From: Antedon mediterranea
Lineage: Eukaryota; Animalia; Echinodermata
DNA: 64,000 nt
Direction: 5' to 3'
Assembly: GCF_964355755.1 (NCBI RefSeq)
Contig: NC_092676.1
Location: 22,834,871 to 22,898,870 of the forward strand
Part shown: positions 1 through 13,843 of the stretch, piece after piece
How the letters are laid out: every line of letters begins with the position of its first letter
Position numbering within the stretch: the first letter of the stretch is position 1
Translations under genes and position numbers: made by a program
The notes under the pieces: generated by a model
The model's input: the letters and a program-made list of their open reading frames with translations, nothing else
Told to the model about the DNA's origin: nothing
Databases searched by the model: none

Positions 1-13
1 ATACTTTCACTCT

Positions 14-184
14 AAAATTTGATTTCCTACTAGGACGAAAACAGACGTAGATACAAACGCAAGCGACTTTACCAATGGCAATTAATTAGCGACAGACAAC
101 AATAATCCATAGCGTGTGATTGATCAACTCACTTGCGTTGCGCTTACGTCCTTTCGTTGCGTCCTCTAATGGGAACGAAGTTTA
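14..184. mobile_element. MITE family 2 degenerate copy
   Basis: TTCCTACTAGGACG...AACGCAAGCG...GTGATTGATCAACTCACTTGCGTTGCGCTTACGTCC...TAATGGGAAC matches the 43358 element. Confidence 0.7.
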
Positions 185-2681
185 TTAGCCTACATTTGGT
201 GTTTGACGTAGATGCACTAGGCCTAGTGTACACATTATTTTACCTGTGTAAGTACGTAACTGGGATCCTTGCTAGCTTGTCTCACGAGGACCAAGTACGA
301 TAATGTACTAAATGGTGCTGTCATTAGTATTAATTTGCTCTTAATTATAGTGCGTACTAATTCCACTTGGCTGTGAAATAAATAACATATGGCAGCAAGG
401 CTTATAACATGAGCCTATACTATATATAGCATAATTATATAACTATATCCAACATAACGCCGAATACAATTGTACCGAATACCGGCCAGGTCATTTGTTA
501 CTTGTAAAAATGCAAACAGAAATATGTCGATTGTATTATGTAAAATCCACTTCATTTTTATTACCATTGTCAAACTTACTTTATTATGAGTAATTTTAGG
601 ATTGTATTACGCTTTTCGTACTGTGTTTCACTTATTAAGCATGACGTATGTATTCCTGAATATAATGTATAACATTGTTTAATTACAACGACGTTGAAAT
701 AGCGAGACATTATATTTACCACATTCCTCTGAGGTAGGCTGCAATCGTATATACAATATATATAAAAGTAATGGGACACATTTGGCGCCCAACAAAGTGT
801 GCCCCCCCCCCCATTAAGAGTTTACCCAGAATAGAGTTTGGTCATTGTACCCAAATACCCTCGTTTGTTTCATGAAAGCGGCCTACCAGAGTAAGGGTGT
901 CCCCGTTCTAGTAGGCATTATACAACGAAATATGAATGTTTTTCAAAGTCGATTCAGTTAATTCTTATAATAATATTATATACTTTTGAAATTGTATATA
1001 ATTCTCTCTTCAATTTCTACCTAATTACATTATCTTTATTGTCCATCAAATTATGGAATACCCAGTGTCACATGTATCACATCTGACGTGTGTATCATGG
1101 GTCATAACGCTTATAATATAAACCCCTACAAAATAGACGTGCCATGTAATTTTTCGTGTTGTGAATTTTCTTTTTTTGAAATACACAGTACAGAGAATAT
1201 GGTGAATGGATTTATCTATTTTTGCTCTCATAACCCAGATAAAGAGAACAAACCTCAAAGAAAGACCTTTGTTCAGATGTTGTAAATTGTGTTGTAAATA
1301 ATAAATCGTTTTTGGATTTAGCTTTTACAATTGATAAATGTGTCCAATTAGGTAAACAAGAATTACCCTTTAAATTTGGAATTCAACCTCAACATATGGT
1401 TATAAGTTAGTTCTTTCTAACATCAGAGCATTACGCAACAGGAAAAAAATGTTATTAGGCAAATTTAGGTTTTAGGTAATTTACGAGAAGTGCAGAAATG
1501 TTGGCAAATCAGGTAGTCGATAAAGTGTGTGTACGAAGTTGTTGAGTTCATGAGATAAAATATCTCTGTTCCACTTTTAGATAACACTTGCTTTATTGTT
1601 TCTTTATTGATGAAGTTGTTCTAATTCTTCTTGAAATGTAGGTCTGTTTATGTAGCAGAGTGACGTATCTTTGCTTAATGTGGTTAATATATAGATTGTT
1701 ACGAATATAGCTGGGGATATATTAAAATAAACGACACTACATCATGACTTCTGTATACTATAAGTAGTGGAGTTGGCAATTTGACTATTGTTTGCTATAA
1801 AGGTGTATTTTCCTCCAAAAATATGAACAATAAAGATTAATTAAATCAGACTTTGAATAGGTTATTTTGTAGTTTTGATAAAGGTAATCCCTTCCGTAAA
1901 AAAAAAATAATGTTTTCTCATATAGAATGACAAAATAAATGGTCAAGTTCAACCAAAAACCCATTGGCTGGCAGCAAATGTGACTACTGTATTTTGCTTT
2001 AAATCACAGTCTTTTCAGGACAATACATTTTGTTTCGATTCATTTTTTGGTCAAAGCAGATGAGTATTATGTAACAAAAAATAAAAATAAAGGTAAATGA
2101 TATTTTTTTCTAGATCCATTTCTTGGATGTGACATTATAATGACCTGATTTTTTTTCAGGCGACAATATATAATTATACTAAAACTAACAACAGTAATCG
2201 AAAACGTTGAAGAACTAGACCAAATACCTTTTTTGAAAATAATAAAATACACATAGATAATGTTACATCAACGATAAATTTCAGCTAGTCAACGAAGTAT
2301 GATATATTGTTATTTATCTATCTTTTATGTATATCTATCTGTCATAATTATTATTCAACGAGTGTAATGGTTAAGTATAAAAGCACATATTTACGTAAAT
2401 TTATACATGATCCTGCATAAATAATGTGTGACATAGGGGTCATGGCGCATGCGACAGAGACCCCCAGAGTATACATTTGTTTAGGTAAATACCTGTAAAT
2501 TAAGAAGATAATTCTCATATTCTCCAATATAAACAACACCTATTATACTTAACATGTTATGTACAGCTCATTTAAACAGTTAGTGCCCGACACACAATTC
2601 AGTCGATTTTCAGTTTGGTTGCTTTTCTGTCGGTTGTTTTCGGTTAATACGACCAGGTTACAATAATACACGTTATTGTAT

Positions 2682-2836
2682 TCTGACTACACTATCAAAC
2701 TAGTTTGACAAAAAAGGTGTGATGTGTCCAAATATGGTAGTGATATTCCCAAATATGGTAGTGATATAACATCATTTCCATATATGGGCACACCACATTT
2801 TTTTGTCACATTAAGTTTGATAGTGTAGACAAAGCT
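2682..2836. mobile_element. MITE family 1 copy
   Basis: CTACACTATCAAACT...AAATATGGTAGTGATAT...AAGTTTGATAGTGTAGAC, matching the 14559 copy. Confidence 0.8.
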
Positions 2837-3559
2837 TCATACGTGCGCGCCGTGATTTTTGTCATTGATGACGTCGTACTGGATGAGTGTATTATACAAT
2901 AACACATACGCAGACGTAATTATAATTTGAAGTCAAATGACATTCAGATGCAGTAAGTTGGATTACCATAGTTACACCTCTTAAGCGACCAGAGGCACAT
3001 GCCCTCAGACGACACATTGGAAGGAAGATTTATCTAATAAATATTCAAAAACAATGTTATTACTAATTTCAAAATATGAAATATGGAAGTGTCGGTGTTT
3101 TTATGGAATGTGTGTAAGTATCGATTCGCTGTTTATCTAATCAGGGCAACCTATTCTATATAATTTAATATGATTGAATTGAATTTGTTAGAAATTTATT
3201 AGAATCCCATTATTAGGTATAGCCCTACCAGCAGGAAAATCTGTTTCAAAATCACGAGTTAATCCAGGATTAATAAGGGGATATGGGGAGCTTATCTTTC
3301 ATCTTTCACAAATGATAATAATAACTTTAAGTTATTGGTTAATTTGCCTAAATACATGGTAATTGAACTATTTTTAGAAGCGAATTTTAACCTTATACTA
3401 AATATTAATGTGATATTATTCCGTATTTATATTATTCAATATGTCTTCATATTCATTCTCCAATCACTAAAAATGATTACTATCAATATAAAATTTGTTT
3501 TTGTTTTAACTTAGCGACAGCATTCACCGAAACATCCAATCAGTTTGACCATGGACAAA

Positions 3560-4300
3560 AATTAGAAGTGTTTTCATCGATGGCAAGTTGGTAAAGAGGG
3601 TACTATTAGTCTTTCTATCTGATTCATGGGAAAGGATTTTGATCTTCTCCAGAATTCAGTTCAATTCAATTCAACAAACATTTCTTTCATCAAATGCCAT
3701 ACAAATAATACAGAACAACATATGAGGACCAAACTAGATTTAAACTTATTTCTTTTATTTAATAATAAGAACAAGTAAAGAATTACAAACAATTATACAT
3801 ACTGAGTAATATAAATATGTAGATAAAATATAGTATAGTTTGCATCTATAGAGATATTCAATCTTATATACTGCCACATTGGTGTATAATAATCCTAGAA
3901 GATATGTTTGCAACGTTCATCAACGATCATTTCTCAACGTTCAAGTTGAATTTTGATTTGCCGTGATTATTTCAGTATAGATGAGAAACATTCCATCACC
4001 GATGGGACTTAAGCTCGTAAATCTCAGTTTCATCATATAATATTCTTCTAGAATTGCAATTTAAACAATTATTTGGATAGATTTAAGCCTACCGTTCAAT
4101 GGCAATTTCAACGATCGTTTCGAAATAGATTAGGCTTTATATTCTCATATTGACAGCACTGGCGCCGTTAGCTAAAGCACTCCTACTTTTCTGTTCCTCC
4201 AAGGACGATAACTTGACAAAATTTGAAAAGAGATTATTCAGGTTGAATCTTTAACCCGATGTAAATGATATTTACTCCAGTAACGACAACATTAAGGGTA
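3560..4300 (-). mobile_element. Possible highly decayed Penelope-like retroelement fragment
   Basis: Minus-strand peptide scraps NVAVYKIE (~3857-3880) and LEKIKILSHESDRK (~3611-3652) resemble the Penelope GIY-YIG region in the expected order; frames are broken. Confidence 0.25.
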
Positions 4301-5613
4301 TCATGCTACGGTAGTAAAAAATCATACTGCAATACAAGTTTCTAAATTAGTTAGAGAGTTCGTATATTCATCTGAGGATGCATCATAATTTTGACTTACT
4401 GCACCTCTTTTTCTGTGGCATGTAAGACCATCTCTTCTGGGTTTTTTTGCCCCTGTTTCCACCTCCATTCTTCATCACCACCATCCTGTTTATCTTCTTT
4501 TTCATTTACATGTCATCTTAGGTCTGCCTCTCTTTTCCTTTCTGGTTGTCATGTCAGTAAAATCCTACTCTTTTCTGTTGGTATCCATAGCACGATGTCC
4601 ACCATTTCCGTTTCCACAGTTTTATTTCGTATAATTGCAATGAGATGTTTTTGTAAAGCTCTATGTTGCTTATTTTGTTTAGCCATCCGAACTTCTGATT
4701 CTCCCAGAAGCAATTGTTTCAGAATGAACAGCATCTGCACGTCTTCTTTTGTCGGGGTAAATGCAAATGTTTAACTTACGTCACAATCTAACTTAAATCA
4801 TGTAGTCTGTGATTTATCAGTGGATTAAATGTATTTTGATCTAACAAACTAACACAAAAAACTACGATAAACAGTTCATCAATCCTCATTCGGAATGGTA
4901 AACTACTTCACTAGTAATTATAAACACACAAATATTTCAATGCATATCATTAACCACACTCTCGTCTATTTGTTTATACTGATAGCCGATTTTGCTTTAA
5001 TATCATATCAACGCTCGACTAACCAAGTGCGACTGTCCGGTCGTTTATAATTTATCACATCGCGCTAAAAGCATGTAGACAACGAATTAAAATCTGATTT
5101 GATACCACTAGGGTATAATAGATGGCGATCTTCTCTTGAATGGTTAATGACAACACGTGCTAACCGGGCCTAGACTAATTCTAAAACGTGCATTATTATT
5201 TCGAAGCATTGTGTTAATTGAAACACACAATTTGAGTTGGTGCAACAGATTTCGCTGATTATTATTATTTTACTCTACTCCTGTCTGCCTTCGAAGTACA
5301 CTGTCTTCGCAGTAAAATGTAATTACATGTACTTTAATGTAGATATAAAACTCGCACATTGTGAGTGATAGGCCTCGTAAACACCAGTGTGACATTCAAC
5401 AACTGCTTCTATGTACTAATTTTACACTTTAAGTTGAGAATGCTAGTTTGAGTTGACAATAATATGCTTTGCCTTTCAATTAGCATAGTTTGTCGATGGT
5501 ATTGTTTTGCTTTTACAAAAAAAAAGTTAGTCGATTATACGACATTATTGGCTGCAATATGTAGGAACCACGAACCCCGTAAGGATCTGGTTAATTATTT
5601 ATTCTTTGCTTTG

Positions 5614-5768
5614 TTTGTAGTCGCGTGCAAACGCGAATCTACAGCTCACTCTGTCGATCGGTCGGTCGGTTGGTCGGTTGGTTGGTCGGTCGGTCGGTTG
5701 GTCGGTGGTTGGTTGGTAACACTAACTCAAATTTGAGTACGCGACTGCAGCCATATATATGACCTTGT
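5614..5768 (+). mobile_element. Helentron-associated non-autonomous element (HINE/DINE-1-like) with (GGTC/GGTT)n microsatellite
   Basis: 5' TAGTCGCGT, internal (GTCG/GTTG)n, subterminal inverse ACGCGAC, short 3' stem-loop, end CTTGT. Copies at 10666-10762 (minus), 46570-46678, 46679-47407. Confidence 0.7.
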
Positions 5769-6889
5769 GATTATAATATATTATAATCCCTATGTTATTT
5801 GGTGATCTGCTTAGGTACTACGGTGATTGTCAAGTTCATACAAATATTAACGGGGATGTATAGAGGCCTATGCTACATTTCTGTTCACGTCCCACACCCT
5901 CAGGACATTTCTCTGGGAACCGATGATAATCTAATGAAAAGTTGCAAATGTTTCTCTTACCGTAACAGTAGGCCTAATAAAAAGTGTTGAAATGTGTCCG
6001 AAAGTGTAGGCCTACAAACCATGCTTGGTTTTACCGTAAACTACAAATATCATTATAATATAATGTATCAATTTTATAGGTCTTCTTTTACGATGCTTTA
6101 AAAAACAGGGCAGCCAAGAATTTCGATTTTTCTTACTTTCTACTTAAAATCAAACCAATGGCGTTTTTACGGTATAACATTTTCAGTTTCAGTTTTGAAG
6201 TATTATTTGTCATATTTTATGAGAAATGTATGATTAAAAATAAATACTGAGCTCGTATGTTGAAATCTATAAAATCCCGTCTAAGTAGGCCTTAAACGTA
6301 AAGTTCGTTTACATGTTTTCATCAAAACAAGTTTTAGTTATTAATACAGTATTTTTACGACGACGTGCTTAAAATGTCCGCAAAAATTCAATTTGCTTTT
6401 AAATGGATTCGTATTTAATCTCGGTATGATATGTTTTTATGGATGAATATTGCTCTATATTGGCTATGATTAAACTGTTACCGTTATCGAGACAATTCCC
6501 ACAGATGATGAAGTGACGTCAGAATAGCTAAAACAGAACAATAGATTATCTATTCAATAAGCCTATAAGTCTAGATTTTCACTGGAGAAAAGTGGTCGTG
6601 TTTATAAGCTAAGCGCGCGAAATGGTAAACAAAACGGGTTTACTCAATATTATATATACAAGTACCCGGATTAGAGAGAACATTTTGTACTGAATGTTTC
6701 GCGGGGGTCCGAAAAGTATTTACGTTTAAAATACGGAAAAATGAAAATAACGACGAGAGATTAAGATTGAATCACATTCATAATGCACACATTCTCATTG
6801 TTGTTTTAAAATATAATAATTTAGACGCATTTTGGGTTGGGCGCAAAACTCTGCATTTAACCATTATTTGCTATTGAAAATTACTATAC

Positions 6890-6934
6890 AAACAATATTA
6901 AATGGTAAACAATATTAAATGGTAAACAATATTA
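6890..6934. repeat. 17-bp tandem repeat, ~2.6 copies
   Basis: AAACAATATTAAATGGT repeated. Confidence 0.75.
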
Positions 6935-8628
6935 GCTCAACATTTCTAACAGGTATCTAAGCAGGCTATACAGTCGATCGGTTAGATCAGATATATTTCA
7001 GTCTCTTCTGTCTGTTGCCATTGGCTACTCGTTAGTTTCTTTTACTCGTTCAATATCAAATTAATTTTAACATAGTCATATATAGCTCAGTTGAACTCGA
7101 ATTGCTAAATTAAAGTTTCAGTTATGTGGCGCTCAATCTGTTAGTTGGTATGTTTGTCTGTTTGACGCTCATGATTTTGGCAACAAAGTGTGAGTTTGCG
7201 CAGTATCTTTCATTTTTTTCAAATTAAGTGTAACTACGTTAGTGAAAAATATATATGATTTGAACTATTTAAGGAAGAATATGTGATATCTATAGAAATG
7301 TATTTCTTAATATTATACAGACCACCTATAATTCGGAATCTTTCAAATACCAGGTTACCAGGTTTATAAATGTTTTTATATATCTTTTCACTCACATTTG
7401 TGGTAATGTCGTCCATTATGTTGTTTTATAGTTTCGTTCGATTTCTGTACCCGTTAAGCTATTCGGTAATTTATCATCAGAATCTAGTATAAGGCACATG
7501 ATAAAGGCGGTAAATAAATCATACGTTGATATTTTTGACAACTGTGATTGATACCACAAATTAATGGATGAGTGGGGATAAGAAATGGGGGCAGTGAGTA
7601 GTATAAGGATAAACGAGATTGAACTGGACTGAAAAAATGAATTTCTAGTGTGTGTGAGTGTGTGCAATGCATGTGTATCTACTGTATAATACATAAGCAA
7701 AGTGAAAGTTGGTTGATCAAAAAAAGAGCCAATTTGTATTCTTTCGTTATAGTTTTGAATATTTTGAAATGATATTATTTTAAATTTAGAAATAGGAGAA
7801 TAAAGTATGTTATGTATAAATATATTACTGTATAGTATTACAAAATAGCCACGTGAAATTATCAAAATGCGAATTATAAGCTGTAATATAAAAGAGTAAA
7901 ACAGTATTTTATTACAGTAGAGTGATTTATATGGTACAGAAACTCGTGTTTTATGAATTAATAAACATTAAAACCCCTCGTTGGAATGTTCGATACTTTC
8001 TTATGATGTGGTATTCGTGTAGATAGACTGTGAAAGTTGCATTATTTTGCATCGCGTCTTTTCTGCTATATCAACCGATATTGAATGAATAAATTAGGTC
8101 CTAAGGGAGGCTGAATCATGGAGATGCAATTAATGTCAAATCCGATCCATTGTAACGATGTTTAGAATATAGTAATTACAAGTGAGATAGCAGTAGTGAT
8201 TTCCCACCTTGTCCGATGTTTCAGTGGCGATATCAAAAACTTTTTACATTGGCTTTATCATTCGTCGATATTTTTATTTATTTATTTTAAACAAAGGTTG
8301 GCCATCCATCCATCGTTAGGGACCCTCAATACAAATTAACAAGAACAATTTTATGAAAATATGACAGTAGATAACAATGAAAAAAAATTGTATATATATT
8401 TTTACTAAATAAAGATGTTTTGCCCTACTTAACTGTGATGCAATTTGTACTTTATACTATTAAGTGCATTGAGAATACTTGCAAAAAAATGCTTGTCAAA
8501 ATAGGGCAAAACATCTGACCACAATTACTCAAAACACCCTGACACAAAGCTACCCCACAGTAGTTACAAACAATTACAATCCTAACTAAGTAAAATAATG
8601 AATAAATAAAAGAAATATGAAAATAAAT

Positions 8629-10266
8629 GTGACCCGATCTGGCAAAACCCTACTTTTGTCGGAAATATTCATTTTGTATTTTTTTATATATTTGGATTAT
8701 TTGAATCATAAGCTTTGCAATGGTGTTTATTTCATAAAAATTGAGTAAATATTTAAAAAGTTATTATATTTTAAAAACTTACAAATCATTCAATTAGTTT
8801 ACGAGAAAATCGCGTTTGAAGTTTGCAATGAAATTCTTTTTGATACGCGCTGAAAACTCACTCCGTAGCAACGCGCTATGTTGGTCTAAGGCACAATGAC
8901 GTCATACCAGGAAGTGTGTGCGATATAGCAGCAGCGTGGAAACTATGGTCAATTTGACTGATTTCAGACGCCGTTTTAACCTATTTAGTCACTCGAATTA
9001 ACTATTTTGCACTATTGAAAAGCAGCATTATAACTACCAAGCTAATGTTAACTGGTTTCGGAAGTGTTTACGATATCAACGGCAAAAAACCAAGCAGGCC
9101 TAGGCCTAGGCGCGCCTATTCAGATTTTCGCCGTCATCGCCTGTATTAAGACCTACTGATGATGTGTGTTCATCAGGCCGTGTATGGCAGCGGTGCATCG
9201 ACACGGGGGCTAGCGTTAGTCTAGACAAGTTAGGCGCCTTGCAGAGTCACAGCTAATTGCAAGCTAACATTACACTGTATTGGCGATTACATTTGTTTTT
9301 TTTTATAACGTGGAAGATTCGCTGTGGTGTTTGGGCTTGAATCCAATGATTTAAAAAAACATTTAATATGAAAGGAATGGACAATAAATTAAATAAATAA
9401 TTAAGAGCCGATTGGATATATAAAATGTATAAATAAAACTATTGACAATAATATAAAGCTAGGCCCAGTAGTAGTAGGCCTACAACCATAATAAAATTAG
9501 GCCTAGGGCCTACTAGCCCAAAAAAATATAGAAAATACAATTGAATTTATGACGTGAATTGTTTTTGACTTGTCTATTTTACTATGGAATAAACAAATAC
9601 ACACTACAGCTATTGCAGAACACTTTACTTTGAATATTAAAATCGTTTTTTTTCCAATTTACGACATGCTGTGTGTACAATAAAAATAACCTCACAAAAA
9701 TGTAAACAACTTTTTATTTCCGCGCGTAGAGCGTATAACATCTAGCGCGTTGACCAATAACGTTTGTTATTGCGATGATGCGCCATAGCAACACACGCAG
9801 TTCGCTGTTCCAGAAACTTCGAAGAACCGAATTTTCTGAAATGATGTCATAGTAAATCAAAGTTTTCATTGGTTCCTTCTTTAAACTCCGCCCTAAAACT
9901 TCCATATTTGGAATGTCAAATGGATGAGCTTTATTTTGATGTGTGACCTTTCAACATTGTGCAGCGAACTGGCGATCAAAATGTCGTAAAACTCGGCAAC
10001 TTTCAACTGAATTTACGCAAAATTTTAGCGTAGATCGTGAATAAATTGTTAGGCTTGAGGAAAATACATGTTTTTAAAACTCTCTTTTTTCATAATTTTA
10101 GTTAAATTTCGGGAGTTTAAATCAGGTAGACGTATTCTTAGATAGTGAAATATTTCGAAAATGCAAAAACATGTAATCTGCCAGGGTAGTCGATTTGGAC
10201 GTATTTTGACTGATTACGTGAATTTTGAATTGCCGACAAAGAGAGGGTTTTGCCAGATCGGGTCAC
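8629..10266. mobile_element. Non-autonomous TIR DNA transposon (~1.64 kb), 4-bp AAAT TSD, possibly Sola1-like
   Basis: Left end GTGACCCGATCTGGCAAAACCCTactTTTGTCGG; right end reverse-complements to GTGACCCGATCTGGCAAAACCCTctcTTTGTCGG (34 bp, first 23 identical). AAAT on both sides (8625-8628, 10267-10270). No transposase-length ORF. Confidence 0.85.
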
Positions 10267-10665
10267 AAATACAAATTTAGCTAATAGAAATCTTGAAAGA
10301 GAAATAATAATAACAAAATGATAAAATAAACAAAGAATGAAGAATAAAAACAATTAAAAATAAAAAAGACAAAAATAAAGATTACAAAAATGTAAAAAAA
10401 GTTAAAAGAATAGAAATGGTCGTCGTTGTCACAATCTTCACCAGTATAATTATTAATCCTTATCAGTGTCACAAACATTCAGTTCATTAATTATTCATTA
10501 ACTTTATAATAGCAAAATATAAATTAGATTAATTTTATGAAAGGAATCACAAACCGATAGCTAAAAGAAAATACTTTCGCGTATTTGATTGTGTTTGATT
10601 GATTGTTTGCCGACTGTAGGTACATTGGTTGCGCGTGGCAGCATCGTAATTGTTGTGAAGTATAA

Positions 10666-10762
10666 ACAAGGCCATATACATAGCTGTAGTCACGTGCTCA
10701 AGCTAGTGTTTACCGACCAACTGACCGACCAACAGACTAACCGATTGACATAGTGAGCTATA
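10666..10762 (-). mobile_element. HINE-like element copy ~65 bp upstream of the MSMB-like acceptor
   Basis: ACAAGGCCATATACATAGCTGTAGTCACGTGCTCAA...CCGACCAAC...ACATAGTGAGCT is the reverse complement of the 5614/46570 family. Confidence 0.7.
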
Positions 10763-10837
10763 TATAGAGAAAAATAATTGTATTTTATATTGTCGATACC
10801 TATTTTATATTTTATTTTTTTTTTTCAGATATCTAAA

Positions 10838-12593
10838 ATGTCCCCCAAGGAAATTATTGTATCGCTGTTTGTTTTGGCTTCAGTCGTGTGCCTTTCCTAC
10901 GCTCAATGTGAAATACATAGTAAGTTCATTACAGTAATTGTGTATCATTGTCACTTTTTTTTATTACCACTAAATACTCTTGTGTTATGATGTATCCCAA
11001 TCCAATTTCATTTTAAAACGTTGATGCCACATAGGTTTGTGACGCGTAAGTTATTATTTTAGGACTCATTATTTGAAAAGGTAGCCTTGCTTATTATCGC
11101 TATACATTATCTCGCGTATTCTTGTTGTCCATAACTATATTCTTTATTGTTCTATAGTATTATAATGTGTTCATATTCTTCTTCATTTATTACGACAAAG
11201 CGCGAATGGAATTTAAAGACTATATACGTTTGAATTACCCCTTCCGTTTTGATTATTTATAGCGATTTAGTGATGCATAAAATGGCATGGAAAACGTCAC
11301 ATGTGACCCACCTGTAACGTGTTTCATGGAATTTGCCGTATTACTGTTAAAGAGTGTCGGGTGTAATTGTAGGCCTAAACTAAAGACACATGACAGAAAA
11401 ATCATACATTTACGTCATTAACTTCATACCTTTGTTACCTATTCCCTTGTAACATTTGAAATGTATAAATCAACTTGTAATGTGTTTTTGTCTTTTAGAG
11501 AAGGCATGTATTTACGAAAACAACATTTACGGACCATTAGAGAAGTGGTCGACAAAGGACTGTAAAACATGTACATGTTTATATTCAGGAGACGAATATC
11601 AGTGTTGCAGCGAGTAAGTCTTTACAATTAAGCGTGTATATCAATTGGACGTAACGCAATGGTGTAGGCGCAACATGAGTGAGTTAACCAGTCACACTCG
11701 ATAAATTATTCGAACTTTTGATCAACTTGCTTGCGTTGCATTTACGTCATTGCGTTCAGTCCTGTCCTAGAGGGCACCAAGCGTTAAGGTCTGTCTACAC
11801 TATCAAACTAGTTGACAAAAAAAGTGAGATGTGCCCAGATATGGTAGTGATATGGCATCATCGTTTCCATAGTTGGATAGTGTAGACAGAGCTTTACTAT
11901 GGGCTTACGTCATTGCTTTACTGTGAAAACCAAGCTGAAAGCTGTGAATGTTCATAGTCTTATAGATTGTTTATCCATCCCCATATCTATGATGAGAGCA
12001 ATATGACGACAATATGCTGGTTAGGTAGACATTTGCTAGAAAGGTGGCAATATACACTAACAATGTGGCTAATACCTACTACTGGGTTACCGCCGTAGTA
12101 GTTATTTAAAGTTAATCGATATTTATTATACAATGATAATTATGGATCATATTGATCATGTGTTTCTGCTGCAGAAAAAAACCATACATAATTTACCAAT
12201 GTAGGCTTAAGTACTTAAAACCAAGTTCTTGGTTTGGTCCAAGTATATAATAACATTGATATGTTTACATTGTTATGACGAGTATTCTTATACGTAACGA
12301 CTATTATGTATTCGTTACATTTTTGTATTTCAGATTTTGAGAAATGAATTGGAGGTTATGGGTTTCAAGTCTTAACCCGAGAAGAAATACCATAGATTAT
12401 TTTTTTTTCTATTGCTATTGCTATTAATATATTGACAATTTATTTCTCTCTTTTAATTCGTAGCGCATGGATGCCAATAGATTACTCTTGGGACGATTGC
12501 GTACCCGTGTGGGACGAAGAAAACTGCGCATATCGTCTTTTGAGAATTGACGACCCGGATGTCGAGTGTGAAGTAATGGGAGGAGTAATGTAA
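10838..12593 (+). CDS. MSMB: Beta-microseminoprotein/PSP94-family secreted protein, 3 coding exons, 108 aa (family-level call)
   Basis: Exons 10838-10919 (phase 1), 11499-11613 (phase 2), 12464-12593, all GT-AG. Spliced product: MSPKEIIVSLFVLASVVCLSYA-QCEIHKKACIYENNIYGPLEKWSTKDCKTCTCLYSGDEYQCCSDAWMPIDYSWDDCVPVWDEENCAYRLLRIDDPDVECEVMGGVM*. Signal peptide plus 10 Cys in the PSP94 pattern (W-x-T-x-x-C-x-x-C-x-C...CC...P-x-x-Y...C...C-x-Y...DP...C). An acceptor ending at 10828 implies an upstream non-coding exon. Confidence 0.88.
11788..11895. mobile_element. MITE family 1 copy, abutting family 2 remnants in MSMB-like intron 2
   Basis: TCTGTCTACACTATCAAACT...GATAGTGTAGACAGAGC; internally deleted. 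Confidence 0.75.
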
Positions 12594-13843
12594 AACATCG
12601 GCCTTTTGTACTATAAACACATCAATTGTACCACCAGTGCGATACACGTAATCAAAATGGACAAACTTTACAGGAAAGAAATATAATTTATATAACGTTT
12701 TACTAATACTTTTTATTCATTATAAGACTGCAGAAAGAGAATATTTATCATGTCACTGGTATAATGCGATTGATATTTTATATATTATGATTGATTTTTA
12801 AGAATTGTTACGGAGCTATAAACTGTATTACATTCCGAATTGAAATGGATTTACTTTTTTGACGCTCAGCTGCAAAGAACGTTTCTATAAATATTAATTT
12901 AAATTTTATTATTCACTATTCTTAAAATTAAATGATGGTGCTTGTATTTTGGTAGTTACTTCTTGTTTTCTTGTTTAATATTTTTCGAGAAATAATTTTA
13001 ATCCCCGGGGGAGCCCCGACATCGGTGTTTAAAGGCCCCCGCCAAACGTTTGGTAGGCCTGTCATATTATATAGCGACAATAAACATCGTACAGTTGCCT
13101 ATATCTTAACTGCTGACAACAGGCCCATTTAACACCTAACATCCACACAATTTAACATTCTATTAACTTACATTCTAAACCTCTAAATAATCTCTCTTAG
13201 TCTTACATTTGCCGTCAGCAGAATACGATACCGTTTAAACGTAAATTACAATTGTCATGAATTCCATAGACTAAACATACTGTTTGAATATGCTAACAAA
13301 CTCAAATGAGTTACCGTAAGAATATCTAGATTGCGTGAAATTTTGAATCTATATTTTATCCATAAATGTAATCGATATTACCGCAATAAAATATATGCCA
13401 ACATGATTTATGATGATATTGATGATGAGAATGATAGATTTGATGTTGATAATCATGATAATCTTTATCAGGATGTCATCAGTACACCGTTTATACGCGC
13501 GCATCAACCTTTTGATGACTACAATACACACTTACTTTTATCGTCATTTAATGCTATTTAAAACGCAATAGTACGTATCATTATACCTCTTTACACTGTA
13601 TTATGAAATAATTAATTTACATAATATCCAAGGCTACACTTCATAACAAATACAACTGAATAACCGATCAATAGCAAAGCACAAATATGTTCTTAAGATA
13701 TGAAAACCAAATCGATAATCAATAACTGATACTGACGAGTTATAAAGACTCTATAGGCACACACTCCAAAACTCAACAACAGGTTGTGGAATTACGCTTT
13801 GAATAAATATTGGAATAGAGAAGTTTTCAACGTTTTCGTTACA

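Noticed and set aside
4391-4774. 127-aa Cys/Phe/Ser-rich ORF
   Set aside because: Non-ATG start; composition reflects the reverse of a purine-rich strand; no domain pattern or exon partners.
7416-7865. Longest ORF in the track (149 aa, minus strand)
   Set aside because: Non-ATG start, low-complexity AT-rich composition including a TG microsatellite, no recognisable domain or splice context.
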